Positions 28,940 through 38,533 of a DNA stretch of 64,000 nucleotides are shown here, piece after piece; position 1 is the first letter of the stretch; each line of letters begins with the position of its first letter. The stretch is from the NCBI GenBank assembly GCA_963767005.1, contig CAVYCN010000002.1, forward strand, positions 625,028-689,027. Direction: 5' to 3'. The position numbers and the translations under genes are program-made. This DNA is from an uncultured Actinomycetes bacterium. Lineage in GTDB: Bacteria; Actinomycetota; Thermoleophilia; UBA2241. The notes below the pieces were generated by a model that saw nothing but the letters and a program-made list of their open reading frames with translations, ran no database searches and was not told the DNA's origin.

Positions 28940-29320
28940 CGCGAAGCGGCGGCGAGCCCGTGACTTGTCACCCGTCGCTCGTAACCCTGACCACGTCTGA
29001 CGGTCCCTGAGCCCGCCCGCGACGATCCAACGCCCGTGCCAGGACCCACAAGGGCAACGGATTCTGAGCGCTGCCAGCGTGCACGGTGCTGGGTTGGGAT
29101 TGGGGAGTAGTGAGCCGGCCCATGGCGCGACGGCGCACCGGGCATGGAGTCCGAAATCCGGCCTCGGCCCTCGCCGGGAGCCGTCGCTCCGGTGGGGTTA
29201 GCGAGCCGCGCGCAGCGCGGCGAGCGGGCAGGAGAGCCGTCGCCGGCACCCTCGCGGCAGTGTCAATCTTTGGCCGATGTCACGCAACCGGACATTTCTC
29301 GCGTCCCTATCCCCTATCCC
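28940..29320 (-). repeat. right terminal inverted repeat (381 bp)
   Basis: Ends ...GTCCCTATCCCCTATCCC; reverse complement of the left TIR. Confidence 0.95.
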
Positions 29321-29334
29321 GTCAACAGGAGCCC
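29321..29334. repeat. right target-site duplication (GTCAACAGGAGCCC)
   Basis: Identical to 14851-14864. Confidence 0.95.
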
Positions 29335-29538
29335 TCCCGTGCCTGTCCGCACCAGAATCCGTTGGCGGTCCTGACGACGAAGGCCGTTTTGCCGTGAAGT
29401 CCACGCTCCCCCCTGTCGATAGAAGTACCAGGAGGGTCAGATGCCGCCCCCGGGTACGGGCGGTCACCGAGTCGCTCTCCACCATCGCCAGGATTTTCCA
29501 CGGATGGTGGGCGCCATGCTTCGGGAAGGGAGGTCCAT

Positions 29539-29634
29539 ATGAGGGTGCCAAACGCCTGGTTCAACCGCGTCGCCTTTGCCGCGTTCGTGGTGTCGTGCGC
29601 GCTCGCGAGTGGCGCGTTCAAGAAGTGGGCCTGA
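29539..29634 (+). CDS. 31-aa hydrophobic micropeptide MRVPNAWFNRVAFAAFVVSCALASGAFKKWA
   Basis: Translated by hand; GGGAGG RBS 5 nt upstream; too short for the ORF track. Confidence 0.6.
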   Translation: MRVPNAWFNRVAFAAFVVSCALASGAFKKWA

Positions 29635-29704
29635 GCGAACGGGCTCGCTCAGGCTGAAAGGACGTTCACGGCTCACCAGGCTTCACATGGAGAGGGAGTA
29701 CGTT

Positions 29705-29815
29705 ATGAAGCAACTGCTTTCGAGCAGGTTCATGATCACCGTCGGCATGATCACCGCGCTGGCGGTCACCAGCGGTTTCTTCCACGTGGTGCCGATGTGG
29801 CTCAAGTGGGACTGA
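29705..29815 (+). CDS. 36-aa hydrophobic micropeptide MKQLLSSRFMITVGMITALAVTSGFFHVVPMWLKWD
   Basis: GAGGGAG RBS; followed by a terminator-like hairpin. Confidence 0.6.
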   Translation: MKQLLSSRFMITVGMITALAVTSGFFHVVPMWLKWD

Positions 29816-29851
29816 GGCACCGCTAGAGACAGTCCGTCGACTCCGTCGGCG

Positions 29852-29889
29852 ACGAAGGCCGCGACCGGGGACCCGATCGCGGCCTTCGT
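29852..29889 (+). terminator. hairpin downstream of micropeptides
   Basis: ACGAAGGCCGCGA...TCGCGGCCTTCGT followed by GTCTTT. Confidence 0.65.
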
Positions 29890-29943
29890 GTCTTTGGCAC
29901 GCGATGGTTGCGGCGACACGAGTGCGGTCGTAGGGTCGTGGCC

Positions 29944-31119
29944 ATGTTCCGCGTCTGTCTTGTCAAGCAGCACACCACCTACGACCTGTTCACGCGCACC
30001 GGTCCCGACCTGCGCGCCATCGTCGCCTCGTCGAACTGGCGCTCGGGTCCGATCGGCCTGTGGGAGGCCTTCCCCACCACGGCGCGCATCGTCTGGGAGG
30101 ACGACGCCACCGAGTGCCGGATCGGCAAGAGTACCTGGAGCCGCTACGTCGAGGGCTGGGACGTGTGGCCGGCCGACGGCGAGGCGGAGCGTGCGGCGGA
30201 GGTCGACTGGGACGCCTACGACGTCGTCGTCGCGATCGACGTGGCGGTGCCCACGCGCATCGTCGCCCGGCACCCCCGCGTCCTGTGGTGTTACTACTTC
30301 ATCGAGGGCGGGCCCGCCAGCATCGACGGCCCCCGCCGCGGCAGCCCCTTCTACGGCTACAACGTGTTCTGCAGCCAGCGACTGGCCAAGGAGCGCCTTA
30401 CCGTGGCCTCGCCGGCCATCCGCCGCCTGACGGCGACTCGCCGGACCGTGCTCGACCTGCCGTACTACCTGCAGTCGTCGCGCTCGATCCGCCAGCTCTA
30501 TCCGGAGCTCGCAGCGGCGCGCCGCGAGGGCATGTGCCTGTCGCACCACAGCCGCGGGGTGTGCGGCAACTCCACCCGCGCCGCCCTCGAGGCCTTCGGT
30601 CCGGTGCGCCGCGAGTGGAGCACGCTCAGCGACATCCATCGCGCAGAGATTGCCTCGCGCTACTACGTGGTCCTGCCCGACAGCGTGCGACGAGCCGGCC
30701 TGGGCGTCGTCGAGGCAGTGTCGGCAGGCTGTCTCGCGCTCGCGCCCTCACAGCGCCTCTCCGGGTTTCCCGAGCTCGTCCTGCCCGAGCTCGACTTCAC
30801 CACGTTCGACGAGTTGCTGAGCCTGCTCGCCGACCTCGAGGCCGACCCCGCCTTTGCGGGTCGCTGCCTCGCCGCACAGCAGGACCTGGTCGATCGCTGG
30901 TGCTTTGCCAACCCGGTCGCCAACCTCGAGACCGCGCTGCGCGCCTTCAGGGAGTCGCGAGCCACACCGGCGCGCCAGCGGCACGCCGAGGAGCGCTCGC
31001 GGCTGTCGGCGGAGGGACGGCGCCTCGCCGTCGATGAGCTGCGGCGCGTGCGCCGCGCGGCCCGGCGCAGCGGCGTCGATACGATCCGCTCCGGCGCTGC
31101 CCGGCCGGCAACCCCCTAG
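29944..31119 (+). CDS. hypothetical protein, possibly glycosyltransferase-like fold
   Basis: Long ORF with host-like codon usage; GLGVVEAVSAGC resembles the GT-B EA..G motif. Confidence 0.55.
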   Translation: MFRVCLVKQHTTYDLFTRTGPDLRAIVASSNWRSGPIGLWEAFPTTARIVWEDDATECRIGKSTWSRYVEGWDVWPADGEAERAAEVDWDAYDVVVAIDVAVPTRIVARHPRVLWCYYFIEGGPASIDGPRRGSPFYGYNVFCSQRLAKERLTVASPAIRRLTATRRTVLDLPYYLQSSRSIRQLYPELAAARREGMCLSHHSRGVCGNSTRAALEAFGPVRREWSTLSDIHRAEIASRYYVVLPDSVRRAGLGVVEAVSAGCLALAPSQRLSGFPELVLPELDFTTFDELLSLLADLEADPAFAGRCLAAQQDLVDRWCFANPVANLETALRAFRESRATPARQRHAEERSRLSAEGRRLAVDELRRVRRAARRSGVDTIRSGAARPATP

Positions 31120-32657
31120 CGGACCACCAGCCTGTTGCCGGCCGCCGCAGTCTGGCGGTTGCCGGCGGCATCGGTCGCCGCCACGGTGAAACGGTACCGA
31201 CCCCGCGGCAACCAGCAGGTGAAGACCCATTGCTGACGGCTATCGACCGCGACGCCGCGCAGCACGGTCTTCTTCGCCAGCACGCCGCGCGCGTCGACGA
31301 TCCGGATCGTCACGGTGGCCGTCGGGCTGCCTGGTCGCGGATCGCGGACGAAGAAGCTCAGCGCTGTGCGGGCGCCGCGCAAGGCGGAGCCGGCCCACAA
31401 CGCCAGCGGAGTCGGCCGCCGGGTGTCGATACCGACCCAGCCGCGGCGTGTCGCCTCGACGTTGCCGGCGTTGTCGCTCGCCCGGTAGAGGAAGGCATGG
31501 ACGCCGTCGCCGGCATGATCCGCCGGCGCCGGCACGGTGAACGTCGAGCCCTGGATCCAGGTCGCACCGCGGTCCAGCGAGTAACGGATCGCCGCGATCC
31601 CCGACCCCCCGGCGTCCGCGGCGTGGACGACGACCCGGGCGGCGCGGTCGTGCCAGCTCGTGGCGCCGATCGTCGAGGCCGTCGGCGGGCGCGAGTCGGT
31701 CCAGCCGCCGCGCCGGGTGGCGAGCATCTGGCCGGCCAGGCTGCTGGCGAAGCCGTGCAACGGATCGACGAAGGCGACCGACGTGACGTCCTGCCGGGCC
31801 GGGTCCGGCTGCGCGCGCCAAGTCAGGCCGCCGTTGGTCGTGGCCAGGACGAGACCACTCGCGCCGACCGCCCAGCCGTGGCGCCCGTCGACGAAGTCGG
31901 CCGTGTAGAGGTCGCCCGCCTTCGCCGGGCGGCGCACGACCCAGCGAGCGCCACCGTCGGTGGTGGCGAGCACGATCCCGCCCTCACCGACCGCCCAGGC
32001 TCGCGCCGCGCCGTGACTGGCCACCCCGTTCAGGTAGGCAGTGGTCGGCGAGCGTTGCGCTGTCCAGTCGACGCCGCCGTCGGTGGTAGCGAGGATCGTG
32101 CCGGCGTCGCCGACGGCCCAGCCGTGCAGCGCGTCGGCGAAGCTCACCGCGTAGAGGTCTGCCGTCGTCGAGGTCGGCTGCACGGTCCAGTCGACGCCGC
32201 CGTCGGTGGTGGCGAGGACCGTGCCCTGCTCGCCGACCGCCCAGCAGTCGCCGGCCTTGCTGGTCGCACCGATCAGGGCGACGGTCGCCGGCGCGGTCTG
32301 CGCGGTCCAGTTGACGCCGCCGTCGGTGGTGGCCACGATCGTGCCGTCCGCTCCGACGGCCCAGCCGTCGGCGGCGTCGGCGAAGGTCACGGCGTACAGG
32401 TCGCTCGAGACCGGCGCCTGCTGCGCGGTCCAGCTCGCCCCCCCGTCGGTGGTCGTCACGATCGCCGGCCCCGGCCCGACCGCCCAGGCGTGCAGAGGGT
32501 CGGTCGCCGCCACCGACAGCAGCGGTCCGGGGGCGACCGCACGGCCGGCCCAGCCGGCCGGTGCAGCGCCGGCGGGCGCCGCGACCACGATGGCCCCGAC
32601 GACCCACGCCACGGCGACGACGGCTACGGTGCGGAGCGACGATAGCGAGCGCCTCAT
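31116..32657 (-). CDS. secreted YCF48/BNR-repeat protein with C-terminal Ig-like domains
   Basis: Signal peptide; repeated ATTDGG.W..Q; YRASDNAGNVE and ATDAAGN. Confidence 0.85.
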   Translation of the reverse strand: MRRSLSSLRTVAVVAVAWVVGAIVVAAPAGAAPAGWAGRAVAPGPLLSVAATDPLHAWAVGPGPAIVTTTDGGASWTAQQAPVSSDLYAVTFADAADGWAVGADGTIVATTDGGVNWTAQTAPATVALIGATSKAGDCWAVGEQGTVLATTDGGVDWTVQPTSTTADLYAVSFADALHGWAVGDAGTILATTDGGVDWTAQRSPTTAYLNGVASHGAARAWAVGEGGIVLATTDGGARWVVRRPAKAGDLYTADFVDGRHGWAVGASGLVLATTNGGLTWRAQPDPARQDVTSVAFVDPLHGFASSLAGQMLATRRGGWTDSRPPTASTIGATSWHDRAARVVVHAADAGGSGIAAIRYSLDRGATWIQGSTFTVPAPADHAGDGVHAFLYRASDNAGNVEATRRGWVGIDTRRPTPLALWAGSALRGARTALSFFVRDPRPGSPTATVTIRIVDARGVLAKKTVLRGVAVDSRQQWVFTCWLPRGRYRFTVAATDAAGNRQTAAAGNRLVVR

Positions 32658-32844
32658 GAGCCTCCAGCGGAAGAGCCGTCACCGATCGGCCGGGCCTGCC
32701 TCGACCGGCGCGTCTGCGGGCGTCGCCGGCAGACGCTGTCTGAGCAGGTTACACGACCGTCGACGCAATCGTTATATCACGCCCCCGTGGCTCCGATATT
32801 GCTCATAGGCTGGTACCGCTTCCGAGAGAGGGACGGAGAGGGCC

Positions 32845-33858
32845 ATGCGACACGCACGAGCGCTGCTTCTGATCGTTCTCACGACCGCCCTGCTGGGCGT
32901 GCCGGTCTGCCGGGCGCTCGCCGAACCCGCGCCGAGCTACGGCGCGGCCGCCCAGACCTTCACCTGCGTCGGCAAGGTCACCTCAGCCAGCCACGGCAGC
33001 GTCACGATCACCGTGCGGCACGCGTCGCTCGCCCTTCAGGGCGCGCTCGGCCAGCGACTCAGCCTGACCGTGACGAGCAAGAGCGCGTTCGCGGTCATCT
33101 CGCGCGGCACGACCAGGACCGTCACGGCGGCGAGCGTGACGGCCGGCGACCTGCTGGCCGTCCAGGGCACCGTCGACGCGACCAGCGAGCCCGGCGCGAC
33201 ACTGTTCGACATCTCCACGGCCACCGCCTGGAAACCGCAGGTCCTGAACAGCTTCTACTGCGTGGGCACGGTCACGTCGGTGTGCCCCGAGCCCAGCGCC
33301 CAGTCACTGACCGTGACCATCGGCCGTGGCTCGACCGGGCTGGGCAGCCGGACGGGCGCGAGCGTGACGATCGACGTGCCGACTAGTGCCGGCGTCTACG
33401 TGCTCCAGCACCGCCTGGCGACGACCACGACGTTCAACGACCTGACGAGCGGCGACGCCGTGCTGGTCAGCGGCACCGCCGATCGTACCGACGCGAACGT
33501 GCCGCTCTTCGCCGCCAGCCGGGTGCTGGCGACCCACGTCACCGCTGTCGACCAGATCACGTGGTTCGCCCTGCGTGGCGTCGTCCAGGGGCCCGGCCCG
33601 TCGGCCGGCACGCTGTCCGTCACGCTGACGTGCGGCACGCGCGCCGTGCGCACCGACGTCGGCGCCGACCTGACCCTCGCAACGACCGCTTCCAGCGTCG
33701 TCCGCACGCTCACCGGCGGCGTCGTCTCGACGCTGCCCGTCACCGACGTCGCGGCGGGCGAGTCGATCGCGGTCACGGGCACCATCGATCGCAGCGTCCC
33801 GGCCGTGCCGGTCTTCGAGATCGGCAGCGCCTTCGTCTGGCAGACGGCGACGCCCTGA
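32845..33858 (+). CDS. secreted protein with three OB-fold-like (DUF5666-like) repeats
   Basis: Signal peptide; three GxV...GD/E.L/V.V.G repeats. Confidence 0.6.
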   Translation: MRHARALLLIVLTTALLGVPVCRALAEPAPSYGAAAQTFTCVGKVTSASHGSVTITVRHASLALQGALGQRLSLTVTSKSAFAVISRGTTRTVTAASVTAGDLLAVQGTVDATSEPGATLFDISTATAWKPQVLNSFYCVGTVTSVCPEPSAQSLTVTIGRGSTGLGSRTGASVTIDVPTSAGVYVLQHRLATTTTFNDLTSGDAVLVSGTADRTDANVPLFAASRVLATHVTAVDQITWFALRGVVQGPGPSAGTLSVTLTCGTRAVRTDVGADLTLATTASSVVRTLTGGVVSTLPVTDVAAGESIAVTGTIDRSVPAVPVFEIGSAFVWQTATP

Positions 33859-33936
33859 GCGGCTCGCGGCCGCTCGGGCCGTGGCCCCAACGTAGTCAGG
33901 TCACTCGCGACAGACCGCCGACAGCCCGGTGCGCCC

Positions 33937-34698
33937 TCAGGCGGCCCGCCTGTCGGTCATGGCCTCTACCTCGGCGCGCTCCGTCGTCTCCGCCTGCGCC
34001 CGGCGCTCGGCCAGCAGCGTGCGGTAGACGAGCCCACCGACGACGCCGCCGACGATCGGAAAGACGATGAAGACCCAGACCTGGCCGACCGCCCAGCCAC
34101 GCGCCCAGATCGCCGGCGCGAGGCTGCGCGCGGGGTTCACGGACGTGCCGTCGACCGGCAGGCTGACCAGGTGGACCAGGGTCAAGGTGAGGCCGATCGC
34201 AAGAGGAGCGAGCGCGGCGGGCGCGCGTTTGTCGGTCGCGCCGTGGATGACGAGCACGAAGAAGGCCGTGAGCACGATCTCGGCGACGATCACCGCGCCG
34301 AGGGCGTAGCCGCCCGGCGAGTGGCTGCCGTAGCCGTTCGAGCCGAAGCCGCGCGCCAGGGTGAAACTGTGGATGCCGGTGGCGATCGGGTAGAGGACCG
34401 AGGCGCCGGCGAGACCGCCGAGCACCTGCGCCGCGATGTACACAGGCAGGTCGCGCGCGCGGAAGCGCCCGCCCGCCCACAGGCCGATCGAGACGGCGGG
34501 GTTCAGATGGGCTCCAGAGATGGGGCCGACCGCGTAGGCCATGGTCAGCACGGTGAGCCCGAAGGCGAAGGCGACGCCCAGGTAGCCGAAGCCGAGCCCG
34601 GGAAAGGCCGCGCCGATGACCACGCTGCCGACACCGGCGAAGACGAGCCAGAACGTACCGAAGAACTCGGCGCCGAAGCGCCGGGGCAGTGAAGGCAT
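33937..34698 (-). CDS. aqpZ: aquaporin Z
   Basis: AEFFGTFWLVF and two NPA motifs (HLNPAVS, SVNPARS). Confidence 0.93.
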   Translation of the reverse strand: MPSLPRRFGAEFFGTFWLVFAGVGSVVIGAAFPGLGFGYLGVAFAFGLTVLTMAYAVGPISGAHLNPAVSIGLWAGGRFRARDLPVYIAAQVLGGLAGASVLYPIATGIHSFTLARGFGSNGYGSHSPGGYALGAVIVAEIVLTAFFVLVIHGATDKRAPAALAPLAIGLTLTLVHLVSLPVDGTSVNPARSLAPAIWARGWAVGQVWVFIVFPIVGGVVGGLVYRTLLAERRAQAETTERAEVEAMTDRRAA

Positions 34699-34748
34699 GG
34701 TTCCTCCATGAAGTCGACTGGACCTCCTGGGCAGCTTCCCGGGCCTTC

Positions 34749-34914
34749 GCGCGCCTAGTCCCGTCAGGGGACTGCGTCGCTGCCGCTCAGGCGTGCGTGG
34801 CTGCGCTGCGCGCCTAGTCCCGTCAGGGGACTGCGTCGCTGCCGCTCAGGCGTGCGTGGCTGCGCTGCGCGCCTAGTCCCGTCAGGGGACTGCGTCGCTG
34901 CCGCTCAGGCGTGC
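34749..34914. repeat. 59-bp tandem repeat x2.8 with internal hairpin AGTCCC-GTCAG-GGGACT
   Basis: Identical units at 34749, 34808 and 34867 (partial); no spacers. Confidence 0.9.
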
Positions 34915-36785
34915 TATCCGAGGAGTCCTCGCGCCGCCGCGACCACGTCGGCGGCCGCGATGCCGGCCAGCTTCAGCAGCTCGGCCGGCTCCCCCGAGCC
35001 CGGCAGGTCGCGCACGGCCAGATGCCGCCAGGTGAACGGTTCGGCGGTCGCCGTCAGCGCCGCCACGACCGCCTCGCCGAGGCCGCCCTCGGCGTAGTGG
35101 TCCTCGACCACGACGAGCCGCCCGCCCGCCGCCCGGACACTCGCCGTCAGCGTCTCGCGGTCGATCGGCTTGATCGAGTAGAGATCGAGCACGCGGGCGC
35201 GCCGGCCCTCGCCGGCCAGCTCCTCGGCCGCCTGGAGGCACTCGTAGAGGGTGACACCCGCGCCGACCAGCAGGATATCGTCGTCCGGAGACTGGCGCAC
35301 GATCCTGGAGCCGCCGACGTGGAACTCCTCGTCGGGCGCATAGAGCACGGGATAGGCGCCGCGCGTCGTGCGCAGGTAGACGACGCCCTCGGTGTCGGCC
35401 ATCGCGGCCGTGAGCGCGACGGCAGAGGTGGCGTCGCTCGGATAGAGCACCGTCGAGCCGTGTACAGCGCGCATCATGGCGATGTCCTCGAGGCCCATCT
35501 GCGACGGTCCGTCAGCACCGATCTCGACTCCGGCGTGCGAGCCGCAGAGCCTGATGTCGGCCTGCGATATGGCCGCCATGCGGATGAAGTCGTAGGCGCG
35601 GGTCAGGAAGGCCGCGAAGGTGGCGGCGAAGGGCACGTACCCGAGCGCGCTCAGGCCGACCGCCGCGCCGATCATCTCCTGCTCGGCGATGAACGCCTCG
35701 AAGAAGCGCTCCGGGTAGGCCTCCTCGAACTCGCCGGTGAAGGTGGAGTTGCCGACCTCGCCGTCGAGCACGACCACCTCGGGGCGCGCCCCCAGCGCCA
35801 CGAGAGCGTCGCCGAAGGCCTTGCGCGTCGCGACCTTCTGTCCGAGGTCGTACCGCGGCAGCTCGACGGTGGCTCCTTCCCGCACACGCACCGCCACCCT
35901 GGGCCCGCGCGGGCGCGGCGGCGTGACCACCCGCAGGTCGCGCTCGCCGCCCAGCGCGCGCACGGCGTCCAGCGCCATCGTGGCCGGGAGCGGCTTGCCG
36001 TGCCAGCCCTCCTTGTCCTCGAGCTCGGGCACGCCCTTGCCTTTGATCGTGCGCGCCACGACGACGGTCGGTCTGTCGCCGCGCTCGGCCTGCGAGTAGG
36101 CGTCGTCGATCTCGTCGACGTCGTGGCCGTCGATCAGGCTCGCGCGACAGCCGAACGCCTCGACCCGGCGGCGATAGGCTTCGAGATCCCATTGCAGCTC
36201 CGTGGGCCGGCTCTGCCCGAGACGGTTGACGTCGAGGATGACGACCAGGTTGCCGAGGCCGTAGTAGGAGGCCTTGTCGAGGGCCTCCCACATGGAGCCC
36301 TCGGCCATCTCGCTGTCGCCGCAGAGCACCCAGACCCGATAGTCGACCTCGGCGAGTCGCTTGCCGGCGAGCGCCATGCCCACGCCCGCGGGCAGGCCCT
36401 GCCCGAGCGAGCCGGTGGCGACGTCGACCCAGGGGAGCGCGGGTGTGGGATGACCCTGCAGGCGCGAGCCGGCGCGACGGTAGCCGCTCATGAGCTCCTC
36501 GTCGGTGACGACACCGGCCGCCTTGAACAGCGAGTAGAGCAGGGGCGACGCATGCCCCTTCGAGAAGATCAGGCGGTCGTTGTCCGGCCGGCGGGGATCG
36601 TCCCAGTCGTAGTGCAGATGCCAGGCGAAGAGCGTCGCCATGAGGTCGGCGGCCGAGAGGGCCGAGGTCGGATGCCCGGAGCCGGCCGCCGTGCTCGAGC
36701 GGATGCTGTCGACGCGGAGCTGCCGCGCCAGCTCGTGCACGAAGGCCTCACTCGGCCTGATCTCCTCTTGCGGCAGCGCGCTCAT
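34914..36785 (-). CDS. tkt: transketolase (short, animal-like type)
   Basis: SGHPTS, SKGHA, LQGHP, GSLGQG, GDSEMAEG, GADGPSQM. Confidence 0.92.
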   Translation of the reverse strand: MSALPQEEIRPSEAFVHELARQLRVDSIRSSTAAGSGHPTSALSAADLMATLFAWHLHYDWDDPRRPDNDRLIFSKGHASPLLYSLFKAAGVVTDEELMSGYRRAGSRLQGHPTPALPWVDVATGSLGQGLPAGVGMALAGKRLAEVDYRVWVLCGDSEMAEGSMWEALDKASYYGLGNLVVILDVNRLGQSRPTELQWDLEAYRRRVEAFGCRASLIDGHDVDEIDDAYSQAERGDRPTVVVARTIKGKGVPELEDKEGWHGKPLPATMALDAVRALGGERDLRVVTPPRPRGPRVAVRVREGATVELPRYDLGQKVATRKAFGDALVALGARPEVVVLDGEVGNSTFTGEFEEAYPERFFEAFIAEQEMIGAAVGLSALGYVPFAATFAAFLTRAYDFIRMAAISQADIRLCGSHAGVEIGADGPSQMGLEDIAMMRAVHGSTVLYPSDATSAVALTAAMADTEGVVYLRTTRGAYPVLYAPDEEFHVGGSRIVRQSPDDDILLVGAGVTLYECLQAAEELAGEGRRARVLDLYSIKPIDRETLTASVRAAGGRLVVVEDHYAEGGLGEAVVAALTATAEPFTWRHLAVRDLPGSGEPAELLKLAGIAAADVVAAARGLLG

Positions 36786-37043
36786 CGCGACCCTCCTCGC
36801 CTCGTTCCCGTACGCATGGTAGACGTGGTATTCCACGGTGATGGGCCGCCAAGCCGTGCCGCCGTCACCATGTGGGCCGGCCGGTGACCCCGCGCGGGCC
36901 CGGGACTGCTCAGGCGTCACCAACGGGCGTCGAGTGCCGCCGTCGCGGGCAGGTGGACTCGAGGACGCCCCACCGGACGGCGCCGACCACCACCGACCGG
37001 GGCGCGCGCACGGGGAAGGTCAACGAGCGGAAGGGAGACTGTC

Positions 37044-38450
37044 ACGAGCGCGACCGAGTCGGATGCGTTCGTCTTCTACGGCGCCTTCGGCGACCTCGCC
37101 CACAAGAAGATCTTCCCCGCCCTGTACGCCATGGTGAGGCGCGACGGCCTCGACGCACCCATCGTCGCCGTCGCCCGCGGCGACAGGGACCTCGGCCTGC
37201 TCAGGCAGCGGGCGCGCGAAAGCATCGAGCAGCACGGCGGCGGGGTCGACGAGAAGGCCTGCGCCAGGCTGCTCTCGCTGCTGCGCTTCGTGCACGGCGA
37301 CTACGATGACGGCGGCACCTACGCGCAGCTTCGCGAGACGTTGGGCGACGCGGCCCACCCCATCCACTACCTCGCGATCCCACCGGACATGTTCGAGACC
37401 GTCGTCGGCAAGCTCGCCGCGTCCGGCTGCGCCGCCGGCGCCCGCGTGATCCTCGAGAAGCCGTTCGGCACCGACCTGGCCTCGGCTCGCGAGCTGGACC
37501 GGACGCTGCACTCGGTCTTCGCCGAGAAGCGTGTCTTTCGCATCGATCATTTCCTCGGCAAGAGCGCCGTGCAGAACATCCTCTGCTTTCGCTTTGCCAA
37601 CACGTTCCTCGAGCCCGTCTGGAACCGCAACTACGTCGACAACGTGCAGATCACGATGGCCGAGGAGTTCGGCGTGCTCAGCCGCGGCCGGTTCTACGAG
37701 GCGACGGGGGCGATCCGCGACGTCGTCCAGAACCACCTCCTCCAGGTGCTCGCTTACGTGGCCATGGAGCCGCCCCTGCTCGGCTACCGCGAGTCGATCC
37801 GCGACGAGACGGTCCGCCTGCTGCGCGCCGTCGAGCCACTCGATGCCGCCGACCTCGTGCGCGGCCAGTACCGCGACTACCGCGAGGAGCCCGGCGTGGC
37901 CCCCGACTCGCGCGTCGAGACCTACGCGGCCGTCCGCCTGCGCATCGACTCGTGGCGCTGGAGGGGCGTGCCCTTCCTCATCAGGGCGGGCAAGCGACTG
38001 CCGCTGACCGCCACCGAGGTGCAGGTCACGTTCAAGGCGCCGCCGCTGGCGCCGCTACGTCCGGCTCGTGGCAACCGGGTGCGCCTGCGCATGAGCCCGC
38101 AGGTGGTGATGGGGATCGAGGCGCGCATCAAGGGCGAGGGCGAGGGCGGCCTGCTGGGAGGGTCGCTGCGCGAAGAGGAGCTCCTGGCCGAGTACCCGAC
38201 CGGCGCCACGGAGCTCGGCGACTACGAGCTGCTGCTCTCCGAGGCGATGCGCGGCGACGCCACCCTGTTCGCGCGAGAGGACGCCGTCGACGTCGCCTGG
38301 TCGATCGTGGAGCCGATCCTGGGCGACGCCACGACGGTCCATCTGTACGAGGCCGGCACCTGGGGGCCCGCCGCAGCCGACGTCCTGGCTCGAGACGTCG
38401 GCCGCTGGCACGAACCCGCCCGGGAGCAGGGGGCGAGCCGGTCTCAGTGA
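37044..38450 (+). CDS. zwf: glucose-6-phosphate 1-dehydrogenase (start apparently ACG)
   Basis: [16 protein letters not shown] lies upstream of the first ATG; [27 protein letters not shown]. Confidence 0.9.
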   Translation, partial: TSATESDAFVFYGAFGDLAHKKIFPALYAMVRRDGLDAPIVAVARGDRDLGLLRQRARESIEQHGGGVDEKACARLLSLLRFVHGDYDDGGTYAQLRETLGDAAHPIHYLAIPPDMFETVVGKLAASGCAAGARVILEKPFGTDLASARELDRTLHSVFAEKRVFRIDHFLGKSAVQNILCFRFANTFLEPVWNRNYVDNVQITMAEEFGVLSRGRFYEATGAIRDVVQNHLLQVLAYVAMEPPLLGYRESIRDETVRLLRAVEPLDAADLVRGQYRDYREEPGVAPDSRVETYAAVRLRIDSWRWRGVPFLIRAGKRLPLTATEVQVTFKAPPLAPLRPARGNRVRLRMSPQVVMGIEARIKGEGEGGLLGGSLREEELLAEYPTGATELGDYELLLSEAMRGDATLFAREDAVDVAWSIVEPILGDATTVHLYEAGTWGPAAADVLARDVGRWHEPAREQGASRSQ

Positions 38451-38533
38451 AGGAGCCGGACGAGCGCGGCGACGTCGTCGGGCTGATCCGCGTCGCGCAC
38501 CAGCCCGACGAGACACGAGGCCCCTCCCCCTGC

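Larger units (their letters stand above)
14865..29320. mobile_element. casposon (Cas1/PolB self-synthesizing transposon), complete
   Basis: 381-bp TIRs, 14-bp TSD, solo cas1, family B DNA polymerase, HNH and HTH genes. Confidence 0.95.

Noticed and set aside
34749-34914. 59-bp repeat as a CRISPR array
   Set aside because: Units are contiguous and identical, with no unique spacers.
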